Translations under genes and position numbers: made by a program
Origin: Oscillospiraceae bacterium
GTDB taxonomy: Bacteria > Bacillota > Clostridia > Oscillospirales > Ruminococcaceae
Direction of reading: 5' to 3'
NCBI GenBank assembly: GCA_020054675.1
Contig: JAIHAL010000002.1
Coordinates: forward strand, 18,042-82,041
DNA length: 64,000 bases
Part shown: positions 19,220 to 28,894 of the stretch, one piece after another
Position numbering within the stretch: position 1 is the first letter of the stretch
Layout of the letters: each line of letters opens with the position of its first letter
Notes under the pieces: model-generated
Told to the model about the DNA's origin: nothing
The model's input: the letters and a program-made list of their open reading frames with translations, nothing else
Databases searched by the model: none

Positions 19220-19272
19220 TTGACTGATTTTGATTTTTTGTGCTTGACATTGACTGATTTTTATGGTATTAT
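19220..19272 (+). promoter_or_regulatory. fru operon promoter with two exact TTGACTGATTTT direct repeats (candidate FruR operators)
   Basis: Repeats at 19220-19231 and 19250-19261. TTGACA at 19244-19249, 17-nt spacer, TATTAT at 19267-19272. The second repeat fills the promoter spacer. Confidence 0.5.
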
Positions 19273-19362
19273 GTAAGCAAGAAAAATAAAGTGTATAAAA
19301 AAGTATAAAAACAATGATGTTTTTTATAAAATATACACAAAATACTCAAAGGGGGTTTGTAA

Positions 19363-20112
19363 ATGCTGACTGAGGAACGCTTTGCAAGGATACTGAAAGT
19401 CCTTGAAGAAAAAAAGGCGGCAACAGTAACGGAACTTGCCGAAATACTTGACGTTTCCGAATCGACTATCAGACGTGATTTAACGGTGCTCAACGATATG
19501 GGGAAACTGAATAAAGTGCATGGCGGCGCAACACTTCCTTTGGGGATTTATACTTTGGAAGAGGATGTTTCTGTAAAATACAGCCTTAATACCGAAGAAA
19601 AAAGCAAAATCGGAAGGTATGCGGCGGGACTTATAAGACCGAATGATTTCATTTATATAGATGCCGGAACTACAACCGAGGCAATGGCGGAGCATATATC
19701 TGAAAAAACCGCCGTTTACGTTACAAACGGAATTTCCTTGGCGGCAAAACTTGTGCGCAGAGGCTTTCAGGTGTATGTGATTTCCGGCAGGATTAAATCG
19801 TCAACTGAGGCGATTGTGGGTACGGAAGCTTTGAAAAGCCTTGAAAAATATCATTTTACAGCAGGTTTTTTCGGAACTAACGGAATAAGCGTTTCCGGCG
19901 GATTCAGCACTCCCGATGTGGATGAGGCGGGGATAAAAAGGGAAGCTATGTCAAGGTGCAAAAAAAATTACATCTTGGCGGATTCATCAAAATTTGACAA
20001 GGTTTCATCGGTTACGTTTGCTTTAATTTCGCAAGCGGAAATAATAACATCGACACTTGCAGATATTAAGTATAAAAATTACACTTTGATTACGGAGGTG
20101 GACGGTAGATGA
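19363..20112 (+). CDS. fruR: DeoR family transcriptional repressor (FruR-type)
   Basis: N-terminal HTH (ELAEILDVSESTIRRDL) plus a DeoR C-terminal sugar-phosphate sensor domain. First gene of the fru operon. Confidence 0.85.
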   Translation: MLTEERFARILKVLEEKKAATVTELAEILDVSESTIRRDLTVLNDMGKLNKVHGGATLPLGIYTLEEDVSVKYSLNTEEKSKIGRYAAGLIRPNDFIYIDAGTTTEAMAEHISEKTAVYVTNGISLAAKLVRRGFQVYVISGRIKSSTEAIVGTEALKSLEKYHFTAGFFGTNGISVSGGFSTPDVDEAGIKREAMSRCKKNYILADSSKFDKVSSVTFALISQAEIITSTLADIKYKNYTLITEVDGR

Positions 20113-21011
20113 TATATACCGTAACTTTCAACCCTTCAATTGATTATGTGGTGAGGGTGAATGATTTAAAGCTCGGACATGTCAACCGTACGGAAAAGGA
20201 ATATATTTATCCGGGCGGAAAAGGCATAAATGTTTCGATAGTTTTAAAAAATCTTGGGATAGACAGCAAGGTTCTTGGCTTTTGTGCGGGATTTACGGGA
20301 GATGCTCTTAAAGAGCTTATAAATGATTTTGGCTGCTATTGCGATTTTATAAAAATTGAAAACGGCTTTTCGCGTATAAACGTAAAGATAAAAGCGGAAG
20401 AAGAAAGCGAAATAAACGGTCAAGGTCCCGTTATTTCAAAAGAAAACCTTGAAAAGCTTATTTTAAAGTTAAAAGAACTCAAAGACGGGGATTTTCTTAT
20501 CCTTGCGGGGAGCATTCCCAATACACTTCCGCAGGATGTTTACGAGAAGATATTAAAAGAGCTTGAAGACAGAAAAATCAACGTGATTGTGGATGCGACA
20601 AAGGATCTTTTGGTAAATGTGCTTAAATATCATCCTTTTTTGATTAAGCCGAACAATCATGAGCTTGAGGAAATTTTCGGCGTGCCGATGTCTGATGAAA
20701 ACACAATTATAGAGCATGCCAAAAAGCTTCAGGAGCTTGGCGCAAGAAATGTTTTGGTTTCAATGGCGGGCGAAGGCGCCGTTTTGCTGGCTCAGAACGG
20801 CGAGGTATATAAAAGCCGTCCTCCGAAAGGAGAGGTGGTAAACTCTGTCGGAGCGGGAGATTCAATGGTTGCCGGATTTTTAGCGGGATATTTAAGCGAC
20901 GGGAACTATGCAACGGCATTCAAAATGGGCCTTGCGGCAGGAAGCGCCTGCGCTTTTTCAGAATGGCTTGCGACAAAAGAAAAAACCATGGAACTTTTTA
21001 AAACTCTTTAA
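20109..21011 (+). CDS. fruK: 1-phosphofructokinase
   Basis: ATGA overlap with fruR. PfkB-family motifs GGKGINV and GAGDSMVAGF. Confidence 0.9.
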   Translation: MIYTVTFNPSIDYVVRVNDLKLGHVNRTEKEYIYPGGKGINVSIVLKNLGIDSKVLGFCAGFTGDALKELINDFGCYCDFIKIENGFSRINVKIKAEEESEINGQGPVISKENLEKLILKLKELKDGDFLILAGSIPNTLPQDVYEKILKELEDRKINVIVDATKDLLVNVLKYHPFLIKPNNHELEEIFGVPMSDENTIIEHAKKLQELGARNVLVSMAGEGAVLLAQNGEVYKSRPPKGEVVNSVGAGDSMVAGFLAGYLSDGNYATAFKMGLAAGSACAFSEWLATKEKTMELFKTL

Positions 21012-21035
21012 TTTAAAATTTTGAGGGGGATTTTT

Positions 21036-22925
21036 ATGAGGATTAAGGATTTGCTCAACGCAAAAGCTATCGACCTTGACGGCAGGGCGGCATCCAAAAC
21101 GGAGGCTATCGACAGGCTTATTGATTTGATGAAGGGTACCGGCAACATTGCAAATTCGGCGGAATATAGAAAAGCCGTTTTTGCAAGGGAAGAAGCAGGC
21201 TCAACCGGAATAGGCGAGGGAGTTGCAATTCCTCACGCCAAGACAAAGGCTGTTTTAAAGCCCGGACTCAGCGCAATGGTTGTAAAAAACGGGGTGGATT
21301 TTGATTCTCTTGACGGAGCTCCGGCGAAACTGTTTTTCCTTATTGCCGCTCCCGATACTGAGGAAAACGTTCATCTTGACGTGCTTGGAAGACTTTCTGT
21401 GCTTCTTATGGACGAGTCTTTCCGCGAAAAGCTTATCGGAGCAAAAAACAGCGCCGAATTCATAAGGATTGTTGATGAAGCTGAAGCAGCAAAATTTAAT
21501 GAACCAGTTGCTCAAGTGGAAGGAAAAAGCGGGGGTTATGAAATTTTAGCCGTTACGGCATGCCCTACCGGCATAGCTCATACTTATATGGCGGCAGAAG
21601 CTTTGGAAAACAAGGCAAAGCAAATGGGAGTAAGCATAAAGGTTGAAACCGATGGCTCCGGCGGAGCAAAAAATGTTTTAAGCGCCGAAGAAATAAAGAA
21701 TGCAAAGTGCATCATAATTGCCGCTGATAAAAAGGTTGAAATGGCGCGCTTTGACGGGAAAAAGGTAATTCAGGCAAAGGTTGCCGACGGAATCCATAAG
21801 CCCGGCGAATTGATTGAAAAAGCAATGAGCGGGAATGCGCCTGTTTACCGCCATGACTATTCTTCAAGCGAAAAGGCGGAAGAGGGCGGAGAAAGCATAG
21901 GCCGTAAAATTTACAAGCATCTTATGAACGGCGTATCGCATATGCTTCCGTTTGTAATAGGCGGAGGAATTTTGATAGCCCTTGCGTTTCTGTTTGACAA
22001 TTTTGAAATAAATCCGTCCAACTTTGGAAGCAACACGCCTCTTGCGGCATTCTTAATGAAAATAGGAAAATATGCCTTTGGATTTATGCTTCCTGTGCTT
22101 GCCGGATATATTGCAATGAGCATAGGCGACAGGCCTGCACTTGCGCTTGGCTTTGTCGGCGGAATGATTGCAAGCGAAGGCGGAGCAGGTTTCCTTGGCG
22201 CTTTGGCCGCAGGTTTTATAGCCGGATATGTGATTGTATTTTTAAGAAAATTGCTGGACAAGCTCCCCAAGAGCCTTGAAGGCACAAAACCCGTGCTTTT
22301 CTACCCGCTTATAGGAATTTTGTGCATAGGGCTTGTAATGGTTTATATTGTAAATCCGCCAATGGCGGCATTCAATACCTGGATTTCTTCAGCTCTTGGC
22401 TCAATGAGCGGAACAAGCAAGCTTGTCCTCGGACTTATTCTTGGCGGAATGATGTCGATTGACTTTGGCGGACCAATCAACAAGGCGGCTTATCTTTTCG
22501 GAACTGCCTCATTGGCAACCGGCCAGTATGAGATAATGGCAGCGGTAATGGTTGGAGGAATGGTTCCTCCGATTGCGATTGCCCTTGCAACGGTATTTTT
22601 CAAAAACCGCTTTACCGAAAAGGAAAGACAATCCGGAATTACAAACTTTATAATGGGACTTTCGTTTATTACCGAGGGTGCAATTCCTTTTGCAGCGGCA
22701 GATCCGTTGAGGGTAATTCCATCCTGTGCAATAGGCTCTGCAACTGCCGGCGCACTTTCAATGCTTTTCGGATGCACACTTAGGGCGCCTCACGGCGGAA
22801 TATTCGTATTCCCTGTGGTAGGACATCCGCTTATGTATGTAATAGCGCTTTTGGCGGGTTCTGTTGTGGGAATGCTTCTTCTTGCAGTTTTAAAGAAACC
22901 GCTCAACAACCAAAAAGGAGAATGA
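21036..22925 (+). CDS. fruA: PTS fructose transporter subunit IIABC
   Basis: GAGGGGG RBS with ATG at 21036. EIIA His loop GVAIPHAKT, EIIB Cys loop VTACPTGIAHTYMAAEAL, and a polytopic EIIC domain. Confidence 0.9.
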   Translation: MRIKDLLNAKAIDLDGRAASKTEAIDRLIDLMKGTGNIANSAEYRKAVFAREEAGSTGIGEGVAIPHAKTKAVLKPGLSAMVVKNGVDFDSLDGAPAKLFFLIAAPDTEENVHLDVLGRLSVLLMDESFREKLIGAKNSAEFIRIVDEAEAAKFNEPVAQVEGKSGGYEILAVTACPTGIAHTYMAAEALENKAKQMGVSIKVETDGSGGAKNVLSAEEIKNAKCIIIAADKKVEMARFDGKKVIQAKVADGIHKPGELIEKAMSGNAPVYRHDYSSSEKAEEGGESIGRKIYKHLMNGVSHMLPFVIGGGILIALAFLFDNFEINPSNFGSNTPLAAFLMKIGKYAFGFMLPVLAGYIAMSIGDRPALALGFVGGMIASEGGAGFLGALAAGFIAGYVIVFLRKLLDKLPKSLEGTKPVLFYPLIGILCIGLVMVYIVNPPMAAFNTWISSALGSMSGTSKLVLGLILGGMMSIDFGGPINKAAYLFGTASLATGQYEIMAAVMVGGMVPPIAIALATVFFKNRFTEKERQSGITNFIMGLSFITEGAIPFAAADPLRVIPSCAIGSATAGALSMLFGCTLRAPHGGIFVFPVVGHPLMYVIALLAGSVVGMLLLAVLKKPLNNQKGE

Positions 22926-22929
22926 TTTA

Positions 22930-23187
22930 ATGAAGGAAATTAAATATGTCATAACTGACAGCCAGGGCATTCATGCAAGGCCTGCCGGGCTTTTGGTCAA
23001 AGAATGTTCAAAATATGCCTCTGAAATAACAATTAAAAAAGGCGCAAATTCGGGAAATGCCAAAAGAATTTTTTCTATAATGGCTCTTGCGGCAAAGAAG
23101 AATGAGGAAATTACAATCACCGCAGACGGCCCGGATGAGGACGAGGCAATTAAGGCAATAGAAGTCTTTTTAAAAGAAAATCTATAA
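22930..23187 (+). CDS. ptsH: Phosphocarrier protein HPr
   Basis: GIHARPAG His-15 loop. 85 aa. Confidence 0.85.
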   Translation: MKEIKYVITDSQGIHARPAGLLVKECSKYASEITIKKGANSGNAKRIFSIMALAAKKNEEITITADGPDEDEAIKAIEVFLKENL

Positions 23188-23193
23188 AAAATT

Positions 23194-23226
23194 ATGCGGG
23201 CCTTTGATGTGCCCGCATTTATTTTG
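23194..23226 (+). terminator. Rho-independent terminator
   Basis: ATGCGGGC / GCCCGCAT stem followed by TTATTTT. Confidence 0.75.
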
Positions 23227-23328
23227 CGTTTAAAAAATCTTAAACCTTGACCGCATTAAAAAAGAGGGTTATAATAAATATGCGGGACATTAAAGTTTCC
23301 TGCGATTAGGCAAAAGGGGAAAAGGTTG

Positions 23329-23757
23329 ATGAAAGATTGCGAAAGCGCGGCTTTTTCAAATGGACTGAAAAAGACAAAACAAAGAAGTGCAATACTTGAA
23401 ATTCTTCAAAAAAACAGCCAGCCTGTTTCGGCTGAGCAGATTTTTTTGGAGCTTTCAGAAAAAAAGATATCGGCAAGCCTTTCGACCGTTTACCGGTCGC
23501 TGGAAGCCATGGCGCAAAAAGGCGTTGTTACAAAGATAAACATTTCATCGGAGGGCAAGGCGCTTTTTGAGCTTAATACCAATATGCACAGGCATTATCT
23601 TGTGTGCCTTGGCTGCAAGAAGATAATTGCTCTTGATTACTGCCCGCTTGAAGGCTATGAAAAAAAGCTTGAAGGAGAAACTGATTTTTTTATAGTAGGA
23701 CATAGGCTTGATATTTTTGGCTATTGCCCTGAATGCAGAAAAAAATCCGGCTCATAA
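23329..23757 (+). CDS. Fur family transcriptional regulator (Fur/PerR/Zur; subtype not resolvable by eye)
   Basis: Winged-helix N-terminus, then HRHYLVCLGCKK and CPEC metal-binding motifs. Confidence 0.8.
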   Translation: MKDCESAAFSNGLKKTKQRSAILEILQKNSQPVSAEQIFLELSEKKISASLSTVYRSLEAMAQKGVVTKINISSEGKALFELNTNMHRHYLVCLGCKKIIALDYCPLEGYEKKLEGETDFFIVGHRLDIFGYCPECRKKSGS

Positions 23758-23795
23758 CAGAGTCGGATTTTTATTATGATAATAAAAATTAAATT

Positions 23796-24398
23796 TTATG
23801 AAAAACTTATGCTTTTTGCGATTTTTGTAATTTCCTCGTCGGTTATTGATTTGCTGTCGAATTCAAATGCAACATAAGCCATTAAATTTTTATTGTACGA
23901 TAAAATTCCTTTGTTATGTTTTTCTTCGCCGTTGTTTATGCTGCCGGCATAATAAACATCGGCCAATGCGGTTGTTCCGTAATCTGTTTTGTTTACTACA
24001 TTGTATCCGTCCCTTACGTCAAAATGATAGTCATTTCCCAAACATATTTGGTTATATATTGCGCGCGGGTCATCTTCGGAGCCGGGATAATTTTCATAAA
24101 TATTATAACCTACCGCACCAACACAAACCTTATCTTCATTTAATATGCTGTATTTGGTAAAAACAGAAAGAAGTTCATAATTTTTATCGGATTTATCTTC
24201 TTCAACACTCCATTTTTCAGGAAGCTCCATAGAAATAGAAAATGGCTTTATTTCATAAACAGAAGAATTAAATTCGTTTTTTCCATAGTCGCTTGCAGGA
24301 AAGGAGATGGTTGCAACTGCATTGCTTGCAGCCTTGCTGCACCCGCTGGTGAGAATTACCATAGCTATTGAAAGCAAGTGAAAAAGCTTTTTTTGCAT
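23796..24398 (-). CDS. Lipoprotein of unknown function
   Basis: Signal peptide with lipobox LTSGC. AAGGGGA RBS. I recognise no family motif. Confidence 0.6.
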   Translation of the reverse strand: MQKKLFHLLSIAMVILTSGCSKAASNAVATISFPASDYGKNEFNSSVYEIKPFSISMELPEKWSVEEDKSDKNYELLSVFTKYSILNEDKVCVGAVGYNIYENYPGSEDDPRAIYNQICLGNDYHFDVRDGYNVVNKTDYGTTALADVYYAGSINNGEEKHNKGILSYNKNLMAYVAFEFDSKSITDEEITKIAKSISFS

Positions 24399-24659
24399 AT
24401 TTTAAATCCCCTTTTATGAATGTAAGCGTTGCATTTACTTAAATTATCAATAAAAATATATTCCATATTTTAGATTTATTGTACAGATTAAAAATAAAAA
24501 AATCAATCATAAAACAATACAAATATCCCCAATAAAAATAATATTTTTTGGATAATTTGACAATAAATGCAAAATAAATTAAAGGCTTTGTTTTATTAAA
24601 AGATTGACTTTCATTTAAGCGGTGATATAATATTAAAGAAAAATCAACGGGGTGATGAA

Positions 24660-25247
24660 ATGTCTGAATCTCTTATAACCAAAAAAGCAATTGCGGCGGG
24701 ACTCAAAGAATTGATGAAACGCAAAAGCTTTGACAAGATAACAATATCTGACATAACCAATGAATGCGGTCTTAACAGACAGACTTTTTATTACCATTTT
24801 CAAGATAAATACGAACTTGTCAACTGGATATACTACAATGAGGCAATTTCGGTGATTGTTTCTGAACTTGATTTCAGCAACTGGGACAAAAAGGTTCTTG
24901 AGCTTTTGACCATCATGAAAAATGATGCGCATTTTTATCAATCCGCGCTTAAAAGTACCGGCAGCGTGGAGTTTCAGAATTACCTTTTTTGCCTTTCAAA
25001 AGAGATTTTTTCAGATGTAATTGATAAAATTGCAGGTTCTGATGAAATTGACGATTTTAACAAGAATTTTTTAGCCGAATTTATTTCGCATGGAGCTGTG
25101 GGGATGATTTCCGCTTGGGCGGAAAAAGGCATGAAGCAATCTCCGGAGGTTATTGTTTCGCACCTTAAAAAAATTGTTGAAGGGGCCAAGGCAACAATTG
25201 CCGAAAGATATTTAAAAGAAAAAAATCATGCCGTCAAAAAATCCTGA
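24660..25247 (+). CDS. TetR/AcrR family transcriptional regulator
   Basis: N-terminal HTH pattern FDKITISDITNECGLNRQTFYYHFQDKYEL. Confidence 0.85.
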   Translation: MSESLITKKAIAAGLKELMKRKSFDKITISDITNECGLNRQTFYYHFQDKYELVNWIYYNEAISVIVSELDFSNWDKKVLELLTIMKNDAHFYQSALKSTGSVEFQNYLFCLSKEIFSDVIDKIAGSDEIDDFNKNFLAEFISHGAVGMISAWAEKGMKQSPEVIVSHLKKIVEGAKATIAERYLKEKNHAVKKS

Positions 25248-25274
25248 CGGCATGAAAATGCTTTTTGAAAATAC

Positions 25275-26096
25275 TTAACTGCTTGCGCTTGAATATTTTT
25301 TTATTATGTTTTTCCAAAGAAGCCTTACAAGGAAAAAGAATAGTACAGGAGCAGCAATGCCCCATATGATGTTCACCGCACCAAGCTTGTCAAGCACAAA
25401 AAGAGAAGAAAAATTTGAAAGTATGAACAGCGGGAATACATATGTGCCTATGATTTTTATCGGTTTGCTGTAAATGCTCATCGGCATGCTGTTTGAATCC
25501 CAAAGCGCGTCGGCAATTTCGCCAAGGGCATAGCCCTTGATTATGATAAAGTTTAAAAGCTGCGGTGCAAGCATGACGGAATATGTAATTACCACTCCGC
25601 TTATAAGGTAGCCTATGTATCCGGCAACTTTTACAAAGCTTACTTCAACGCCTGATTTTTGCCAGCCCACAACGAGTATTATTATTCCGCCTATGAAATT
25701 TGGTATCATGGTTGAAAAATCAACATATCTCAGCGTTGTCATGAATTGCAGGGATACAGGCTTTGTAATGAAAATGTCAAGCGAGCCGTCGGTGACATAT
25801 TCTTTTATATTTGAGAAATTAAAATAGAAAAACGCCATATAAAATCCAGTCATAAGCAGGAAAGAACCGGTAAAAATGAAAATGCTGTCGGACGGGAGCC
25901 CGTTTAAATTTACATTTGTATTTGATATTAAAAAGGTATATACGAGCTTTGCGCCAAGGAAACAACATTCCAGAAGCATTGAAAGGAAAAAGTTTGCCGG
26001 ATACTCCATTTGCCTTATAAGGCAGTTTTTTATGAATATAAGATAAATAAAACCGTAGCGCTTTAATGTTTTAAGCGCTTTTTTTAATTTCTCCAT
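25275..26096 (-). CDS. ABC-2 type transporter permease
   Basis: Polytopic membrane protein. GGAGG sits 5 nt before the ATG at 26096, immediately after the upstream stop. The ORF track gives an alternative TTG start at 26108. Confidence 0.7.
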   Translation of the reverse strand: MEKLKKALKTLKRYGFIYLIFIKNCLIRQMEYPANFFLSMLLECCFLGAKLVYTFLISNTNVNLNGLPSDSIFIFTGSFLLMTGFYMAFFYFNFSNIKEYVTDGSLDIFITKPVSLQFMTTLRYVDFSTMIPNFIGGIIILVVGWQKSGVEVSFVKVAGYIGYLISGVVITYSVMLAPQLLNFIIIKGYALGEIADALWDSNSMPMSIYSKPIKIIGTYVFPLFILSNFSSLFVLDKLGAVNIIWGIAAPVLFFFLVRLLWKNIIKKYSSASS

Positions 26097-26097
26097 G

Positions 26098-26907
26098 CTA
26101 ACCTCCAACGGCGATGTATTTTTTCATGCCTATTTTCCAGAAAATTTTTGACAAAATAAACATTATTGCTATCCATAGGCACTGCATGATAATTCCCATA
26201 AAAATTTCTTGAATGGGCAGCTTGCCGTTTATAATGTTTGTGGGGAAGTAAACTATGTATTTAAACGGAAGAAAATCAAGCAGCCTCATAAAGCCCTTGC
26301 CTAAAATATCAACCGGGAAAAGGCCTCCGCTGGCGAATTGAACCAAAAGATTCGTGAATATGAATGCCGCCCAGCTTTCAGTCATCCAAAATGCCGCACT
26401 GCTTGAAATTATACATATAAATGTGTTAACCAGCAGGGCAAGAGGGATTGAAATAAGGAACAGGACTATCCTTTCCGGAGTTATTCCAAGCGAAAATTTT
26501 GAATTTATGACGGTCAGGATAATTGTCAAAATAACCGATACAACCGCAAGCTGCATGACTTTTGAGCCTAAAAACGAAAAGATGCGGTATGAAAAATATC
26601 CAACCGGGCGGGTAATGAATTTGTTAAGCCCGCCGTTTTTAATGTCTTCGGAAATATCCCATTCAAATCCGGTTGAAACAAGCTTGTTTATTATGCTTGC
26701 TATGACTATGTAGGAAATCATTTGCATATAATCGTACCCGAGGATTTCTTGTTCTTTGGAATTAAAAAATATTGCAGTCCAAAGAAAAATCTGCATTATC
26801 ATCGGAAAAATTGAACTTATAAGGCTTAACGCAAAATTTGCGCGGTATTCCATTGAGCTTTGCAGGCCAAGCTCAAATGCCTTTATGTATTTTTTAAACT
26901 TTTTCAA
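26098..26907 (-). CDS. ABC-2 type transporter permease
   Basis: Polytopic membrane protein. TTG start preceded by AAGGAGG. Overlaps the 3' end of the ATPase gene. Confidence 0.7.
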   Translation of the reverse strand: MKKFKKYIKAFELGLQSSMEYRANFALSLISSIFPMIMQIFLWTAIFFNSKEQEILGYDYMQMISYIVIASIINKLVSTGFEWDISEDIKNGGLNKFITRPVGYFSYRIFSFLGSKVMQLAVVSVILTIILTVINSKFSLGITPERIVLFLISIPLALLVNTFICIISSSAAFWMTESWAAFIFTNLLVQFASGGLFPVDILGKGFMRLLDFLPFKYIVYFPTNIINGKLPIQEIFMGIIMQCLWIAIMFILSKIFWKIGMKKYIAVGG

Positions 26908-27892
26908 GCGCCTTGCCTCCTTTTGAGTAAAGCATTGCTATCCCTTCTTCGATTGGGATATCTTCAATGTTAAAGTCATTTACGGGGAACCTGCCGAGCA
27001 ATTCCATAATGTTTGCACGCACATTTGATTTTTCCATTTCAATGGTTGCTTTCAAATCTTCCGCTTCCCTTATTTTCCCAAAACTTTCAAGCAAATGCGT
27101 TTCGACAGGACTTTCAAATTGAAGCTTTATTATTTTTTTGTTGTCAAAGACTTCGTTTACTTTTGAAAGCTCTCCGTCGTAAACTATTTCGCCGTGATTT
27201 ATGACTATCGTCCTTTTGCAAAGGCCTTCAATATCCGCCATGTAATGGCTTGTAAGAAGCACGGTAGTCTTGTGCTCTTTGTTGTAGTAAGAGATAAAAT
27301 CCCTTATTTTCTTTTGGGAAATAATATCAAGCCCTATGGTAGGCTCGTCAAGGAAGAGAATTTTCGGCTTGTGCAGCAGAGAGGCGATAAGCTCCATTTT
27401 CATTCTTTCGCCGAGGGAAAGCCTTCTGACCTGGACTTTCAATAAATCTTTAACATCTAAAAGTTCTGTAAGAGTGGATAAAGTTTCATTGTATGATTTG
27501 TCATCGATTTCATATATGCACTTGTTGAGATAGAGGGATTCGTTTGCGGGCAAATCCCACCAAAGCTGGTTCTTTTGCCCCATTACTATTGAAAACTGCC
27601 GCTTGAATTCGTTTTTTCTTTCCCATGGCGTGTAGCCAAGCACCTTTGCGGTGCCGGATGTGGGGTATAAAATCCCTGACAGCATTTTCAGCGTTGTGGT
27701 TTTTCCGGCTCCGTTCGGGCCTAAAAAGCCGACTGCTTCGCCTTGTTCTATTTCAAAAGAAATTGGCTTTACGGCTTTTTTAATAAGTTTTTTTCTTAAA
27801 AAAAGATTTTTAACGGAATTTTTAAGTCCAACATCCTTTTCGTAATATGAAAATTCCTTGCATAAATCTTTTACTTCAATTATTGCTGACAT
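26894..27892 (-). CDS. ABC transporter ATP-binding protein
   Basis: Walker A GPNGAGKTT, signature LSLGERMK, Walker B ILFLDEPT. Confidence 0.9.
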   Translation of the reverse strand: MSAIIEVKDLCKEFSYYEKDVGLKNSVKNLFLRKKLIKKAVKPISFEIEQGEAVGFLGPNGAGKTTTLKMLSGILYPTSGTAKVLGYTPWERKNEFKRQFSIVMGQKNQLWWDLPANESLYLNKCIYEIDDKSYNETLSTLTELLDVKDLLKVQVRRLSLGERMKMELIASLLHKPKILFLDEPTIGLDIISQKKIRDFISYYNKEHKTTVLLTSHYMADIEGLCKRTIVINHGEIVYDGELSKVNEVFDNKKIIKLQFESPVETHLLESFGKIREAEDLKATIEMEKSNVRANIMELLGRFPVNDFNIEDIPIEEGIAMLYSKGGKALEKV

Positions 27893-27924
27893 AAATGCAG
27901 TTCTCCTTTTAATTTTTTAAAGTT

Positions 27925-27968
27925 AAAATAAAAAAGGGCTTTCGGCGCAAAAGCAGCCAAAAACCCTT
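27925..27968 (-). terminator. Rho-independent terminator after the 44-aa ORF
   Basis: On the minus-strand RNA, AAGGGUUUUUGGC pairs with GCCGAAAGCCCUU. Two positions are G-U pairs on this strand only. UUUUAUUUU follows. Confidence 0.55.
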
Positions 27969-27978
27969 GAAGAAAAAA

Positions 27979-28113
27979 TCAGACGTCGTTTCTTTCAGCG
28001 GATTGCTTTTTGGAAGTCCTGCTGCGGTTTTGATTTTCCCTTGTAAGAGGAGTTTGTCCGTTTGCTTTTTCCGAACGTGCTTTTTTGTTGTCTATTTGAC
28101 TATCCTTTGGCAT
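27979..28113 (-). CDS. 44-aa highly hydrophilic basic protein (untracked small ORF)
   Basis: AGGTG RBS 5-6 nt before the ATG. Translation is MPKDSQIDNKKARSEKANGQTPLTRENQNRSRTSKKQSAERNDV. It has its own terminator. Confidence 0.4.
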   Translation of the reverse strand: MPKDSQIDNKKARSEKANGQTPLTRENQNRSRTSKKQSAERNDV

Positions 28114-28230
28114 TTTAACACCTGCTTTTTAAAAAATTACCTTTGCGGCGCCTATATTATATGATGTCTGGTGAAGTTTATTCACCGCCTTTCAGCAAGG
28201 ATGAAAATGAGCAAGCCGCACCATTGTTCT

Positions 28231-28893
28231 TTAAGGGCAATTTTGGCAAGCTTGATTTAGTTCGTTTGAAATTTCCTTTTTCTTTGAAAATTCACATCCG
28301 CAGTAATCCTGCCTGTACAGATTGTATTCCTTTGAAAGCTCAACCGAACGTTTGTAGCCGTTTTTCTTTTTAAAATCGGCGCAAAGGAAATCCGCTCCAA
28401 AAAGTTTTGCGGCATTAAGCCCGATTTCATTGATTTTAGCGGCATTTTTATGCGGGCTTACGGAAAGCGTTGTCGTAAAAAAATCAAATCCCATTTCTTT
28501 TGCAAGCCTTGCCGTTTCATTAAGTCTTAATCCGTAGCATGCATGGCATCTTTTGCCGCATTCCGGTTCGGATTCAAGTCCCCTTGCAATTTCAAGGAAT
28601 TCCGAATGGTCATAATCACCCTCAATAAAATCAACCGGATTTTTGACTGCAATTTTTTTAATAAATTTCTTTTGCTCCAAAAGCCTTTTTTGATATTCCT
28701 CTTGCGGAGCTATGTTTGGATTAAAATAAAATACGGTTATTTTAAAATAATCGGAAAGATAAAGCAGCACATAGCTGCTGCAAGGGGCGCAGCAGCTGTG
28801 CAGCAGCAAAGACGGCGTCGTTTCAAGCCGGCTTAAAAACAAGTCAAGCTCTCTTTGATAATTTTTATTTTGAATATTTTCCATATTTATCAT
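28231..28893 (-). CDS. queH: Epoxyqueuosine reductase QueH
   Basis: Motifs LLLHSCCAPCS, CxxC (CHACYGLR) and YRQDYCGCEFS. The ATG at 28893 lies immediately after the response-regulator stop. Confidence 0.8.
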   Translation of the reverse strand: MINMENIQNKNYQRELDLFLSRLETTPSLLLHSCCAPCSSYVLLYLSDYFKITVFYFNPNIAPQEEYQKRLLEQKKFIKKIAVKNPVDFIEGDYDHSEFLEIARGLESEPECGKRCHACYGLRLNETARLAKEMGFDFFTTTLSVSPHKNAAKINEIGLNAAKLFGADFLCADFKKKNGYKRSVELSKEYNLYRQDYCGCEFSKKKEISNELNQACQNCP

Positions 28894-28894
28894 C

